A stretch of 64,000 nucleotides of DNA, from NCBI GenBank assembly GCA_965228475.1, contig OZ245817.1, positions 2,048,001-2,112,000 of the forward strand, given 5' to 3'. Below are positions 48,489-57,811 of the stretch, piece after piece; position 1 is the first letter of the stretch; every line of letters begins with the position of its first letter. The translations under genes and the position numbers were made by a program. A model generated the notes under the pieces. The model searched no databases, was not told the DNA's origin, and saw only the letters and a list, made by a program, of their open reading frames with translations. Source of the stretch: Myxococcota bacterium (lineage in GTDB: Bacteria; Myxococcota_A; UBA9160; JAFDDA01).

Positions 48489-51400
48489 GCGACGAGAAGA
48501 AGCGAGAGCAGGAGGAGGCGGGTCTCGAGGAAGGCGCGGGCAACGAGATCGCCGTCGTCGGCATGGCGCTGCGCGTGCCCGGGGCGGACACGCCCGAGGC
48601 CTACTGGGAGAACCTGCGCTCGGGCACCGAGTCGATCCGTCACTGGACCGTCGAGGAGCTCGAGGAGGCGGGCGTCGCCCCGGAGCTCCTGCGCGACCCG
48701 CGCTACGTGCGCGCCTCGGGCGTGCTCGACGACATCAGCGGCTTCGATGCGGGCTTCTTCGGCGTCAGCGCGAAGGACGCGGGCATCATGGACCCGCAGC
48801 ACCGGCTCTTCCTCGAGTGCGCCTGGGAGGCGCTCGAGCGGACCGGGCACACCGCCACCGGCTTCCCGGGCGCCGTCGGCGTCTTCGGCGGCTGCGGGAT
48901 GGGCACGTACTTCATCCACAACATCCTGAGCAATCCGGACCTCGTGAACTCGGTCGGCTGGTTCCTCCTCCGCCACACGAACAACGACAAGGACTTCCTC
49001 TCGACCTTCGTATCGTACAAGATGAACCTGACCGGGCCGAGCGTGAACGTGCAGACGGCGTGCTCGACCTCGCTCGTCGCCATCCACGCGGCCTGCCAGA
49101 GCCTGCTCTCGCGCGAGTGCGACATGGCGCTCGCGGGCGGCAGCACGCTCAACGTTCCCCACGAGGTCGGGTACCTCTACCAGGAGGGCGAGATCCTCTC
49201 GCCGGACGGTCACTGTCGCGCCTTCGACGCGCAGTCGGCCGGGACGGTCTTCGGCAACGGCTCGGGCGTGGTGGCGCTTCGCCGGCTCGAGGACGCCATC
49301 GAGGACGGCGACCCGATCCGCGCGATCATCCGCGGCTCCGCGATCAACAACGACGGCTCGCAGAAGGCGGGCTACCTCGCGCCGAGCGTGGAGGGCCAGG
49401 CCGCGGCCATCGCCGAGGCCATCTCCGTGGCAGGCGTCTCGGCCGAGGAGATCGGCTACGTCGAGGCCCACGGCACCGGGACGTCCGTGGGGGATCCGAT
49501 CGAGGTCGCCGCGCTGACTCAGGCCTTCCGCGAGACGAGCGAAGGCAAGGGCTACTGCGGACTCGGCTCGGTGAAGCCGAACATCGGGCACCTCGATACC
49601 GCCGCCGGCGTGGCGAGCTTCATCAAGGTCGTGCTGGCACTCGAACACGGGGAGATCCCGCCCTCGCCCCACTACGAGCGGCCGAACCCGGCGATCGACT
49701 TCGATACGAGCCCGTTCTACGTCAACGCCGAGCATCGCGTCTGGGAGAGCGAGGCGCCGCGGATCGCCGGGGTGAGCTCCCTCGGCGTCGGCGGCACGAA
49801 CGCCCACGTGATCCTCGAGGAGCCTCCGCCGCCGGAGCCGAGCGGCGCGGGCCGCGCGGTCCAGCTGCTTCCCCTCTCGGCGCGCACGCCGGCCGCGCTC
49901 GCGGAGGCGAGCCAGCGGCTCGCCGAGCATCTGCGCGCGAACCCGGACGTGCCGCTCGCGGACGCCGCCTGGACGCTCCAGGTCGGCCGGAAGCCCCTCG
50001 ACCATCGCAAGGGCGTCGTGTGCCGCACGGTCGAGGAGGCCATCGCGCGCCTCGAGACGCCGGACAAGCGCACCGTGGCGAGCGGGCAGGTCGCCGGCCC
50101 GAGCCCCTCGACGGCGTTCCTCCTGCCGGGAGGCGGCGCCCAGTACCCGCGCATGGGACTCGGGCTCTACGAGGATGAGCCGATCGTGCGCGAGCACGTC
50201 GACCGCGGCCTCGAGATCCTCCGCACGCGGTTCGATCTCGACCTGCGCGACGTCTGGTTCCCGGAGGACGCCGGCCTCGAAGCCGCGGCCGAGACCTTCC
50301 AGCGCCCGGCGCTGCAGCTCCCGGCGATCTTCATCCTCGAGTACGCGCTGGCGAAGCTCTGGATGTCCTTCGGCGTGAAGCCCCAGGCCCTGATCGGGCA
50401 CAGCATGGGGGAGAACACGGCGGCCTGCCTCGCCGGCGTCATGTCCTTCGAAGACGCCCTCGGCCTGGTGACCCTGCGCGGCCGGCTCTTCGAGACCACC
50501 GAGCCGGGCGGCATGATGAGCCTCTCGCTCCCGGCGGACCGGGCGGCCGAGTACGTCGCCGAGGACACGGTGTTGGCCTCGGTGAACGGGCCGAGCCTGT
50601 GCGTGATCTCGGGTTCGGACGCGGCGATCGATCGGCTCGAGAAGCGGCTCGCGGAAGACGAAGTCGACCATCAGCGCGTGCGGATCTCCGTCGCGGCGCA
50701 CTCGCCCCTGCTCGATCCGATCCTGGAAGAGTTCGGCGCGTACCTGCGGAGCATCGAGCTCCACCCGCCGGAGATCCCGATCGTCTCGAACCGCACGGGG
50801 ACGTGGCTCTCGGACGACCAGGCGACGAACCCGGACTACTGGGTCCAGCACCTGCGCCACACCGTGCACTTCGCCGACGGCGTCGGCACGCTGCTCGAGA
50901 CGCCCGGCCGGGTCCTGCTCGAAGTCGGGCCCGGCAAGACCCTCGGCTCGCTCGCGCGCCAGCACGCATCGGCCAGCCCCGGGCAACCCGTCGTGTCCTC
51001 CCTGCGACATCCCGAGGAAGCCATCGCCGACGCGGACTTCTTCCACCTGGCGCTCGGCCGGGTCTGGATCGGCGGGGCTTCGGTCGACTGGGAGCAGTAC
51101 CACCGCGGCGAAGATCGGCAGCGTCTGACGCTCCCGACCTATCCCTTCGAGCGGCAGCGCTACTGGATCGAACCCGGCACGGCGCGCTACGAAGCGCCGG
51201 CGCCCGTCCTCCCGATCGAGAAGCTCACGGACCCGGACGACTGGTTTCGCCGGCCTGCCTGGCACACGGCGCCGCCGCCCGGGAAGTCCGCCGCCGAAGA
51301 AGAGCCGCGCACGTGGCTGTTCTTCCTCGACGCCGCCGGGATCGGGAGCGAGCTCGTCGCGCGCCTGCGCGGGGCGGGGCACCGGGTCGTCACGGTGAAG

Positions 51401-54400
51401 GAAGGCGACGCCTTCTACCGCTTCGGCGACGACGACTTCGCCCTGGCTCCGGAAGCCGGCCGCGACGGCTACGACCAGCTGGTGCAGGCGCTGAACGAAA
51501 GCGAAGCGCTGCCCGACCGCATCGTCCACCTCTGGCTCGTCACCGCGGACGAGAGCGCGCGTGCGGGATCGAGCTTCTTCCACCGCAACCAGGAGCGCGG
51601 CTTCTACAGCCTGCTCTTCCTGATGCAGGCCCTCGCCGGCGAAGACTCGTCCGGCGCCCGCCGCATCGATCTGCTCTCGACGGGGCTGCACTCCGTCTCC
51701 GGGGAGGCTCTGCCGCACCCCGACAAAGCCACCGTTTTCGGGCCTTTGCGCGTGATCCCTCACGAGTTCCCCGAGGTCCGCTGCCGGAACGTCGACGTCG
51801 AGGTCCCCGGCGCGGAGCGCGCGTCCGGCGAGGGCTCGCCGATGGCGGCGCTGCTCGATCGGCTGCTCGGCGAACTGGGCGAAGGCGCGACCGCGGACGT
51901 CGTGGCCTACCGCGGCGACGTGCGCTTCGAGCAGACCCTCGAGAAGCTCGCGCCCGAGACGCTCGAAGCGGGCGGGACGCCGCTGCGGGACGGCGGGGCG
52001 TACCTCGTGACCGGCGGCCTCGGCGGCATCGGCTTCGCGGTGGCCGAGCAGCTCGCCGAGCGCGCGAAGGCACGGCTGGTGCTGCTCTCGCGCCGCGGCT
52101 TCCCGGAGCGAGAGGCCTGGGACGCCTGGCTCGAGCGCCACGGCGAACGCGACGGCACGAGCGAACGCATCCGCCGCATCCGGCGGCTCGAGGCGGCGGG
52201 CGCCGAGGTCTGGGTCGCCACGGGCGACGTCGCGAACATCGAACGCATGCGCGAAGTCGTGCGGGAGGCCGAGGCGCGCTTCGGGCCGCTTCATGGTGTC
52301 TTCCACGCGGCCGGCACGATCGAGGACGGCGTCATCCCGATGAAGAGCCCGGAGGCGGCCGAGCGCGTCTTCACGCCGAAGGTTCACGGCACCCTCGTGT
52401 TCGCCGAGCTCTTCGCGGACAGCGCGCTCGACTTCCTCGTGCTCTTCTCGTCGACGAGCACGGTCCTCGGCCCGCCCGGCCAGGTCGACTACACCGGCGC
52501 GAACGCCTTCCTCGACGCCTTCGCGGCCAGCCGCCGCGGGGCGCCCGGCCCGCGCACGGTGACCGTCGGCTGGGGCGTCTGGAACGAGGTCGGCATGGCC
52601 CGTCAGATCCAGCGCGGCCTGCGCGGAGATGACGTCGACGCCGGCGCCGAACACCTGCGCGTGGCGCATCCGCTGCTCGACGAGCGCATCGATCTCGGCG
52701 GCGGCCGGACGCTCTACGCGAGCGAGCTCTCGCCCCAGGACCGCTGGGTGCTGGACGAGCACCGCCTGAAGGATGGCCGCGCCGTCTGGCCGGGCACGGG
52801 CTACCTCGAACTCGCCCGGGCCGCCGCGTCCGACCTGCTCGAGGGCGCCGCCTTCGGCCTCGAGGGCGTGCAGTTCCTGGCACCGCTCGAGGTTCCGGAC
52901 GACGGCGAGCGCCGCATCGAGCTCGAACTCGAACGGGACGGCGACGTGCTGCGCTTCGAGATCCGCAGCCGCGACCTCGACGCCGAGGAGGGCGCTTCCG
53001 CGGAGCCCGTCCTCCACGCCCAGGGCCGTGTCCGTCCGGGAGCCCCGGAGCCCGCGGCGTCGCTCGACGTGCCGACGCTGGCGGCGGCCTGCACGGGAGA
53101 TCTCCGCGAGGGGACGGACCTCGCCAGCGACCAGGACGTGCTGCTGGCCTTCGGGCCCCGCTGGCGCTGCCTCGAGCGCACGGGCTTCGGCGAGGGCAGG
53201 GCGCTCGCCCGGCTCGCCCTCTCGAGCGAGTTCAGCCGCGACCTCGACGACCACCATCTCCACCCGGCGCTGCTCGACCTCGCCACCGGCTTCGCCCTGC
53301 GGCTCGTCCCCGGCTACGAGCCCGGCGAGCAGCTCTACGTGCCGCTCTCCTACGACCGCGTCGCGATCCACGCCCCGCTCGAGCGGGAGCTGGTGAGCCA
53401 CGTGCGGGCGCGCCGGAGCAACCAGGCCGGCGGCGAGACCGCGGCCTTCGACGTGACCCTGGCGGATCTCGGCGGGCGGGTGCTCGTCGAGGTCACCGGG
53501 TTCACGATGCGGCGCATCGCCGGGCCGCGTGCCCTCGAGGCGGCGCCGCCGAGCGCCGGGCCGAGCGGGACCTCCGCCGCCGAGCGCGTCTTCCTCGAGT
53601 CCTTCGAGGCCGGCATCCGCGTCGACGAAGGCATGGCCGCGCTCGAGCGCATCCTCGGCCACGAGACCCCGGCCCAGGTGCTCGTGAGCTCGATCGATCT
53701 CGACCTCCTGCGCAAGCGCCACGCCGAGGTCGGCGCCGAGGAGCAGGCCGGCGCGGGCGTGAAGTTCGCGCGGCCCTCCCTCGCGAGCGAGTACGTCGAG
53801 CCGCGCGACGAGATCGAAGAGGCCCTGGTCGCGCTCTGGGAGGAACTCCTCGGGGTCGATCCGATCGGCGTGGAGGACGACTTCTTCGAGCTCGGCGGCC
53901 ACTCGCTCATCGCCGTGCGCCTGTTCGCCGCGATCAAGAAGAAGTACGGCGTCGAGTTCCCGCTCTCGGTGCTCTTCGACGCGCCGACCGTCGCCGCCTG
54001 TGCAGAGCTCCTCCGCGAGGAGGTCGGCGAGGCATCCGAGGGCGAGGCGCCGAAGCGCCGGCGCCGGGCCTACGACTTCCTGGTGCCGATGAACGACGTC
54101 AAGGAGGCGACGAAGGCGCCGTTCTTCCTGGTCTCCGGGATGTTCGGGAACGTGCTGAACCTGCGGCACCTGGCGGCGCACCTCGGCGAGGACCAGCCGG
54201 TCTTCGCGATCCAGGCGCGCGGCCTCTACGGCGACGAAGAGCCCCACACCCGCTTCGAGGACATGGCGCGCGACTACCTGCGCGAGATCCGCACCGTGCA
54301 GCCCGAGGGGCCGTACTTCCTCGGCGGCTTCTCCGGCGGCGGACTGACGGCCTTCGAGATGGCCCACCAGCTCCGCGCCGAGGGCGAGGAGGTCGCGACG

Positions 54401-54916
54401 GTGATCCTGCTCGACACGCCGGCCGGTCCGATCCGCCGGCCGAACGGCCTCGAACGCGCACGCATCCAGCTCCAGCGCCTGCGCCGCCTCGGCCCGGGCT
54501 ATCTCGTGACCTGGGCGCGCAACCGCGTGCGCTGGGAGCTCGAGCGCCTGACGCGGCGGGCGCCCGTGCCGGAGATCCAGGAGGTCACGCCGGCCGAGTT
54601 CCGCTCGGGGCAGATCGAGGGCGCCTTCCGCGAAGCGCTCGACCATTACACCCTCCGCCGGTACGAGGGCGGTGTGGCGCTCTTCCGGCCGGCGCTCGAC
54701 ACGTCCCACCCGCTCGGGCGCGGCCGGGTCGCGAACGAGCGGCGCGAGCTCGTCGACCCCCTGAACTTCTGGGGCCCCTACGCCGAATCGGTGCACCTCG
54801 AGGAGGTGCCGGGCGATCACGACGGCATGGTGCTCGAGCCCTACGTGCGGGTGCTCGGCGCGAAGATGCGCGCCGTGATCGAAGCGGCCCAGGCTGCCGC
54901 CGGGAATGTCCGCTAA
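48485..54916 (+). CDS. Type I polyketide synthase: KS-AT-KR-DH-carrier-TE
   Basis: KS: DPQHR, QTACSTS, HGTGT, NIGH. AT: GHSMG. KR: GGLGGIG, HAAGTIEDG, DYTGAN. DH: HRLKDGRAVWP, HPALLD. Carrier: GGHSL. TE: GFSGG, GDH. Confidence 0.95.
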   Translation: MSDEKKREQEEAGLEEGAGNEIAVVGMALRVPGADTPEAYWENLRSGTESIRHWTVEELEEAGVAPELLRDPRYVRASGVLDDISGFDAGFFGVSAKDAGIMDPQHRLFLECAWEALERTGHTATGFPGAVGVFGGCGMGTYFIHNILSNPDLVNSVGWFLLRHTNNDKDFLSTFVSYKMNLTGPSVNVQTACSTSLVAIHAACQSLLSRECDMALAGGSTLNVPHEVGYLYQEGEILSPDGHCRAFDAQSAGTVFGNGSGVVALRRLEDAIEDGDPIRAIIRGSAINNDGSQKAGYLAPSVEGQAAAIAEAISVAGVSAEEIGYVEAHGTGTSVGDPIEVAALTQAFRETSEGKGYCGLGSVKPNIGHLDTAAGVASFIKVVLALEHGEIPPSPHYERPNPAIDFDTSPFYVNAEHRVWESEAPRIAGVSSLGVGGTNAHVILEEPPPPEPSGAGRAVQLLPLSARTPAALAEASQRLAEHLRANPDVPLADAAWTLQVGRKPLDHRKGVVCRTVEEAIARLETPDKRTVASGQVAGPSPSTAFLLPGGGAQYPRMGLGLYEDEPIVREHVDRGLEILRTRFDLDLRDVWFPEDAGLEAAAETFQRPALQLPAIFILEYALAKLWMSFGVKPQALIGHSMGENTAACLAGVMSFEDALGLVTLRGRLFETTEPGGMMSLSLPADRAAEYVAEDTVLASVNGPSLCVISGSDAAIDRLEKRLAEDEVDHQRVRISVAAHSPLLDPILEEFGAYLRSIELHPPEIPIVSNRTGTWLSDDQATNPDYWVQHLRHTVHFADGVGTLLETPGRVLLEVGPGKTLGSLARQHASASPGQPVVSSLRHPEEAIADADFFHLALGRVWIGGASVDWEQYHRGEDRQRLTLPTYPFERQRYWIEPGTARYEAPAPVLPIEKLTDPDDWFRRPAWHTAPPPGKSAAEEEPRTWLFFLDAAGIGSELVARLRGAGHRVVTVKEGDAFYRFGDDDFALAPEAGRDGYDQLVQALNESEALPDRIVHLWLVTADESARAGSSFFHRNQERGFYSLLFLMQALAGEDSSGARRIDLLSTGLHSVSGEALPHPDKATVFGPLRVIPHEFPEVRCRNVDVEVPGAERASGEGSPMAALLDRLLGELGEGATADVVAYRGDVRFEQTLEKLAPETLEAGGTPLRDGGAYLVTGGLGGIGFAVAEQLAERAKARLVLLSRRGFPEREAWDAWLERHGERDGTSERIRRIRRLEAAGAEVWVATGDVANIERMREVVREAEARFGPLHGVFHAAGTIEDGVIPMKSPEAAERVFTPKVHGTLVFAELFADSALDFLVLFSSTSTVLGPPGQVDYTGANAFLDAFAASRRGAPGPRTVTVGWGVWNEVGMARQIQRGLRGDDVDAGAEHLRVAHPLLDERIDLGGGRTLYASELSPQDRWVLDEHRLKDGRAVWPGTGYLELARAAASDLLEGAAFGLEGVQFLAPLEVPDDGERRIELELERDGDVLRFEIRSRDLDAEEGASAEPVLHAQGRVRPGAPEPAASLDVPTLAAACTGDLREGTDLASDQDVLLAFGPRWRCLERTGFGEGRALARLALSSEFSRDLDDHHLHPALLDLATGFALRLVPGYEPGEQLYVPLSYDRVAIHAPLERELVSHVRARRSNQAGGETAAFDVTLADLGGRVLVEVTGFTMRRIAGPRALEAAPPSAGPSGTSAAERVFLESFEAGIRVDEGMAALERILGHETPAQVLVSSIDLDLLRKRHAEVGAEEQAGAGVKFARPSLASEYVEPRDEIEEALVALWEELLGVDPIGVEDDFFELGGHSLIAVRLFAAIKKKYGVEFPLSVLFDAPTVAACAELLREEVGEASEGEAPKRRRRAYDFLVPMNDVKEATKAPFFLVSGMFGNVLNLRHLAAHLGEDQPVFAIQARGLYGDEEPHTRFEDMARDYLREIRTVQPEGPYFLGGFSGGGLTAFEMAHQLRAEGEEVATVILLDTPAGPIRRPNGLERARIQLQRLRRLGPGYLVTWARNRVRWELERLTRRAPVPEIQEVTPAEFRSGQIEGAFREALDHYTLRRYEGGVALFRPALDTSHPLGRGRVANERRELVDPLNFWGPYAESVHLEEVPGDHDGMVLEPYVRVLGAKMRAVIEAAQAAAGNVR

Positions 54917-55616
54917 CCCTCCGGTTCGCATGCCGGACCTCGTCCATACCCCTTCGATGCCGGGCCTCGACGTCTCCGGGCTCTTCGACGGAGCGCCCGG
55001 CGTCCGCGTCGCGGCGGCGCCGACGTCGACCCCGGTCGAGACGCTCCTGGCCGAGGAGCAGGCGCTCGTCGCGCGGGCCGTCGAGGTGCGGCGCCGGGAG
55101 TTCGCGACCGGACGCCGCCTCGCCCGGACCCTGCTCGCGGAGGCCGGCTGGCCCGAGGCTCCGCTCCTGCGCGATGCGGACCGCGTGCCGCTCTGGCCCG
55201 AGGGCGCGCTCGGCTGCATCTCCCACACGCGCGAATGGTGTGTCGTCGCGGTCGCTTCGTGCGACGACGTCACGGCCCTCGGCGTCGACGTCGAGCCGGA
55301 CACGCCGCTCGAGCCGGCGCTCTGGCCGCGCATCGCGACGCACGCCGAGCGCGAATGGCTGTCGCGTCAGCCCGAGGCCGAGCGCGGCCGTCTCGCCCAC
55401 GGGATCTTCGTCGTGAAGGAGTGCGTGTACAAGGCGGCGTTCCCGTCGCGGCGGGAGCGCTGGGGGTTCCAGGACGTCGAGACCGCGCTCGAGCCCATCG
55501 CGGGCCGCTTCAGGGCCGAGACCCCGGGCTTCGGTGCGGGCGAACGCCGCGTCGTCGAGGGCCGTCTGCTCCGCCGGGACGGGCAGTGGCTCGCGGGCCT
55601 GGCCGAGGCGCGCTGA
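54906..55616 (+). CDS. 4'-phosphopantetheinyl transferase (EntD/Sfp-type)
   Basis: RRREFATGR, P.WP.G..GCISH, LGVDVE, FVVKECVYKA; overlaps PKS stop. Confidence 0.93.
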   Translation: MSANPPVRMPDLVHTPSMPGLDVSGLFDGAPGVRVAAAPTSTPVETLLAEEQALVARAVEVRRREFATGRRLARTLLAEAGWPEAPLLRDADRVPLWPEGALGCISHTREWCVVAVASCDDVTALGVDVEPDTPLEPALWPRIATHAEREWLSRQPEAERGRLAHGIFVVKECVYKAAFPSRRERWGFQDVETALEPIAGRFRAETPGFGAGERRVVEGRLLRRDGQWLAGLAEAR

Positions 55617-56735
55617 GTGGGACGCACCGCCGCGAAGTTCGGACTGCTCGCGCTGCTGATGCTCCTGCCCCTCGAGCTCACCTCCTGCGTTGGCGGCAAC
55701 CTGCTGGCCGCGCGCGGGGTCGTCTATCGCGCGCCGGGGAGCGAGGGCTACGCCCGCTACCTCGAGCGGCGGGATCCGCTGCTCGGCTGGCCGAGCCCGG
55801 CCTCGCTCGGCGGCGAACAGTACGACTCGCGCGGTGCGCGCCGCGTGGGCCCGGGCGCGGCGGACCCGGCCGAGCCGCCCTGCATGGCCGTCTTCGGGGA
55901 CTCCTTCACCTTCGGCGACGAGGTCGAGGCCGAGGAGGCCTACGCCGAAGTGCTCGGGGCGGCGCTCGGCTGCCGCGTCGCGAACTACGGCGTCGGCGGG
56001 TACGGCAGCGACCAGGCGTTGCTCCGCCATCGCCACCGCTTCGAGGAGCCGGCGCAGGTCGTGCTGCTCGCCCACTACACCGAGAACGTGATCCGCAACG
56101 TGAACCGCTACCGGGGCTTCCTGACCGGGGGCGGCTTCGGCTGGAAGCCGCGCTTCGTCTCCGCCGGAGACGGCCCGCTCACCCCGCTCGATCTGCCGAC
56201 CCCGGCGGAAGAGGAGCTCCCGCGCTTCGGCTACGGGGACCCGCTCGAGCACGAGTACTTCACGCCGGGCGGGCCCGCGGGAATCGTCGCGCTGCGTTTC
56301 CCGTACACGCTCTCGATGCTGCGGGTGATCGGGCAGTACCGCGTCCGCGCGGCCCTTCGCGGCGAGCTCAGCTACGCGCCGTTCTACCGGCCCGAGCATC
56401 CTTCCGGCGCCATGACCCTGACGGCGGACATCCTCGAGACCTTCGTGCGCGACGCCCGCGCCCGGGGACAGCGGCCCCTCGTGATGGTGATCCCCGACGA
56501 GCGGGACCTCGTCGCGGTGCGCGGCGGCGAGCCGCTGCCCTACGAGCCCCTGCTCGAGGAGCTCGCGCGGCGCGGGATCGAGACGCCGCGCCTGGCCGAC
56601 GCGCTCCTCGCGGGTCTCGGCGAGGAAACACCCTGCGCGCTCTACCTGAGTTGCGGCGGCGCCCACATGAACCCCCGCGGCCACCGCGCGATCGCGGACG
56701 CGCTCGAGAGCATCGTCCGGCCTCTCCTTCGCTAA
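55617..56735 (+). CDS. Membrane-anchored SGNH/GDSL-family protein
   Basis: N-terminal hydrophobic anchor (LTSC lipobox-like), FGDSFTFG block I, NYGVGGYG block II, C-terminal HMNPRGH block V. Confidence 0.8.
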   Translation: MGRTAAKFGLLALLMLLPLELTSCVGGNLLAARGVVYRAPGSEGYARYLERRDPLLGWPSPASLGGEQYDSRGARRVGPGAADPAEPPCMAVFGDSFTFGDEVEAEEAYAEVLGAALGCRVANYGVGGYGSDQALLRHRHRFEEPAQVVLLAHYTENVIRNVNRYRGFLTGGGFGWKPRFVSAGDGPLTPLDLPTPAEEELPRFGYGDPLEHEYFTPGGPAGIVALRFPYTLSMLRVIGQYRVRAALRGELSYAPFYRPEHPSGAMTLTADILETFVRDARARGQRPLVMVIPDERDLVAVRGGEPLPYEPLLEELARRGIETPRLADALLAGLGEETPCALYLSCGGAHMNPRGHRAIADALESIVRPLLR

Positions 56736-57811
56736 ACGCGGGGCGGCGCGATGCGTTCGTCGTAGTGGGAGACGATCGTCTGCCAGAGGCGCACGACCTC
56801 GCGGGCGGCGTGGGGCGTCACGGCGGCCTCCCGTCCGGCGCGGGCGGCCGCGAAGAAGTCGGCGAGTTCGCGGTAGTGCGACGTCGCCTCGACGGGCTCC
56901 GGTCCGGGCCGGGAGAGACGGAGCCTGTGCAGGGCGCGCCGCCCGGCGTGGGCGAGCAGCCCGGGCATCTCCTGGCGCACCTGGGTGGGCGTGGCGGTCA
57001 GTTCCGTGATCCGACCGAAGGGATACACGATGCGGTGGCCCTGGGTCCCGGCCAGCACGAGGCTCGTCGGGATCTCGGTGTTGAAGCTGTACCAGACGTG
57101 GGCCGTCTGCTGACCGTCGCGGCTCGCGAAGTCGACGCGCAGTTCGTCGATGCCGAAGTCGACGTCCTCGAAGCCGGCCGGTCCGATCTGGTGGCCGAGC
57201 TTGCGGGCGTCGACGTGGAGAACCTCGAGGTCCGGGATCACCTCGACGAGCAGGCAGAGCGCGTGGGGCAGCGTCTCGCCCATGCGTCCGCCGGCGGTCC
57301 GGTAGTACCACGGGTCGGGGACGAAGAGCTGGTGCCGCAGGGCCGCCGTGTACTGCACGGAGCACAGCGAGCCGATCTCACCCCGGGCGAGCAGGCCGCG
57401 CAGCGCGTCGATGCTCGGGTTGAAGAGCTCGTTGTGGATGACCGAGAGCGTGCGGCCGGTTTCGCGGGCGCGCTCGACCACGCGATCGGCCTCGGCGAGG
57501 TCGTAGCTGAAGGGCTTTTCGACGAGGACGTGCAGGCCGGCGTCGAGGGCCGCGAGGGCGAGGGCCGCGTGGGATTCGGGCGGCGTCAGGACGAGGACGG
57601 CGTCGAGGCCCGCCTCGGCGAAGAGGGCCTTGGCGTCCCGGTAGCGCGAGGCGATGCCGAAGGCGTCGCCGACCTCGGCCATGCGCGCTTCGTCCGTGTC
57701 GCAGAGCGCGACGGCTTCGACGCCGGGCAGCGCGCGGAGGCACGGCAGGTGGAGTTCGCGGGCGGCCAGCCCGCAGCCCACGAGGCCGACACGAAGCGCG
57801 TCGCTAGCCAC
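56732..57811 (-). CDS. Gfo/Idh/MocA family oxidoreductase
   Basis: VGLVGCG, TPPESH, HVLVEKP. Confidence 0.88.
   Translation of the reverse strand: MASDALRVGLVGCGLAARELHLPCLRALPGVEAVALCDTDEARMAEVGDAFGIASRYRDAKALFAEAGLDAVLVLTPPESHAALALAALDAGLHVLVEKPFSYDLAEADRVVERARETGRTLSVIHNELFNPSIDALRGLLARGEIGSLCSVQYTAALRHQLFVPDPWYYRTAGGRMGETLPHALCLLVEVIPDLEVLHVDARKLGHQIGPAGFEDVDFGIDELRVDFASRDGQQTAHVWYSFNTEIPTSLVLAGTQGHRIVYPFGRITELTATPTQVRQEMPGLLAHAGRRALHRLRLSRPGPEPVEATSHYRELADFFAAARAGREAAVTPHAAREVVRLWQTIVSHYDERIAPPRV

Noticed and set aside
44052..54916. NRPS-PKS as a siderophore or known myxobacterial antibiotic cluster
   Set aside because: Only two modules, with no chelator-forming domains, TonB-dependent receptor, heterocyclisation domains or resistance/export genes in the window.
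47936..55333. 2465-aa minus-strand ORF, and 43887-48350 (1487 aa)
   Set aside because: Antisense shadows of the PKS and NRPS; no motifs, and expected from stop-codon scarcity in high-GC coding DNA.
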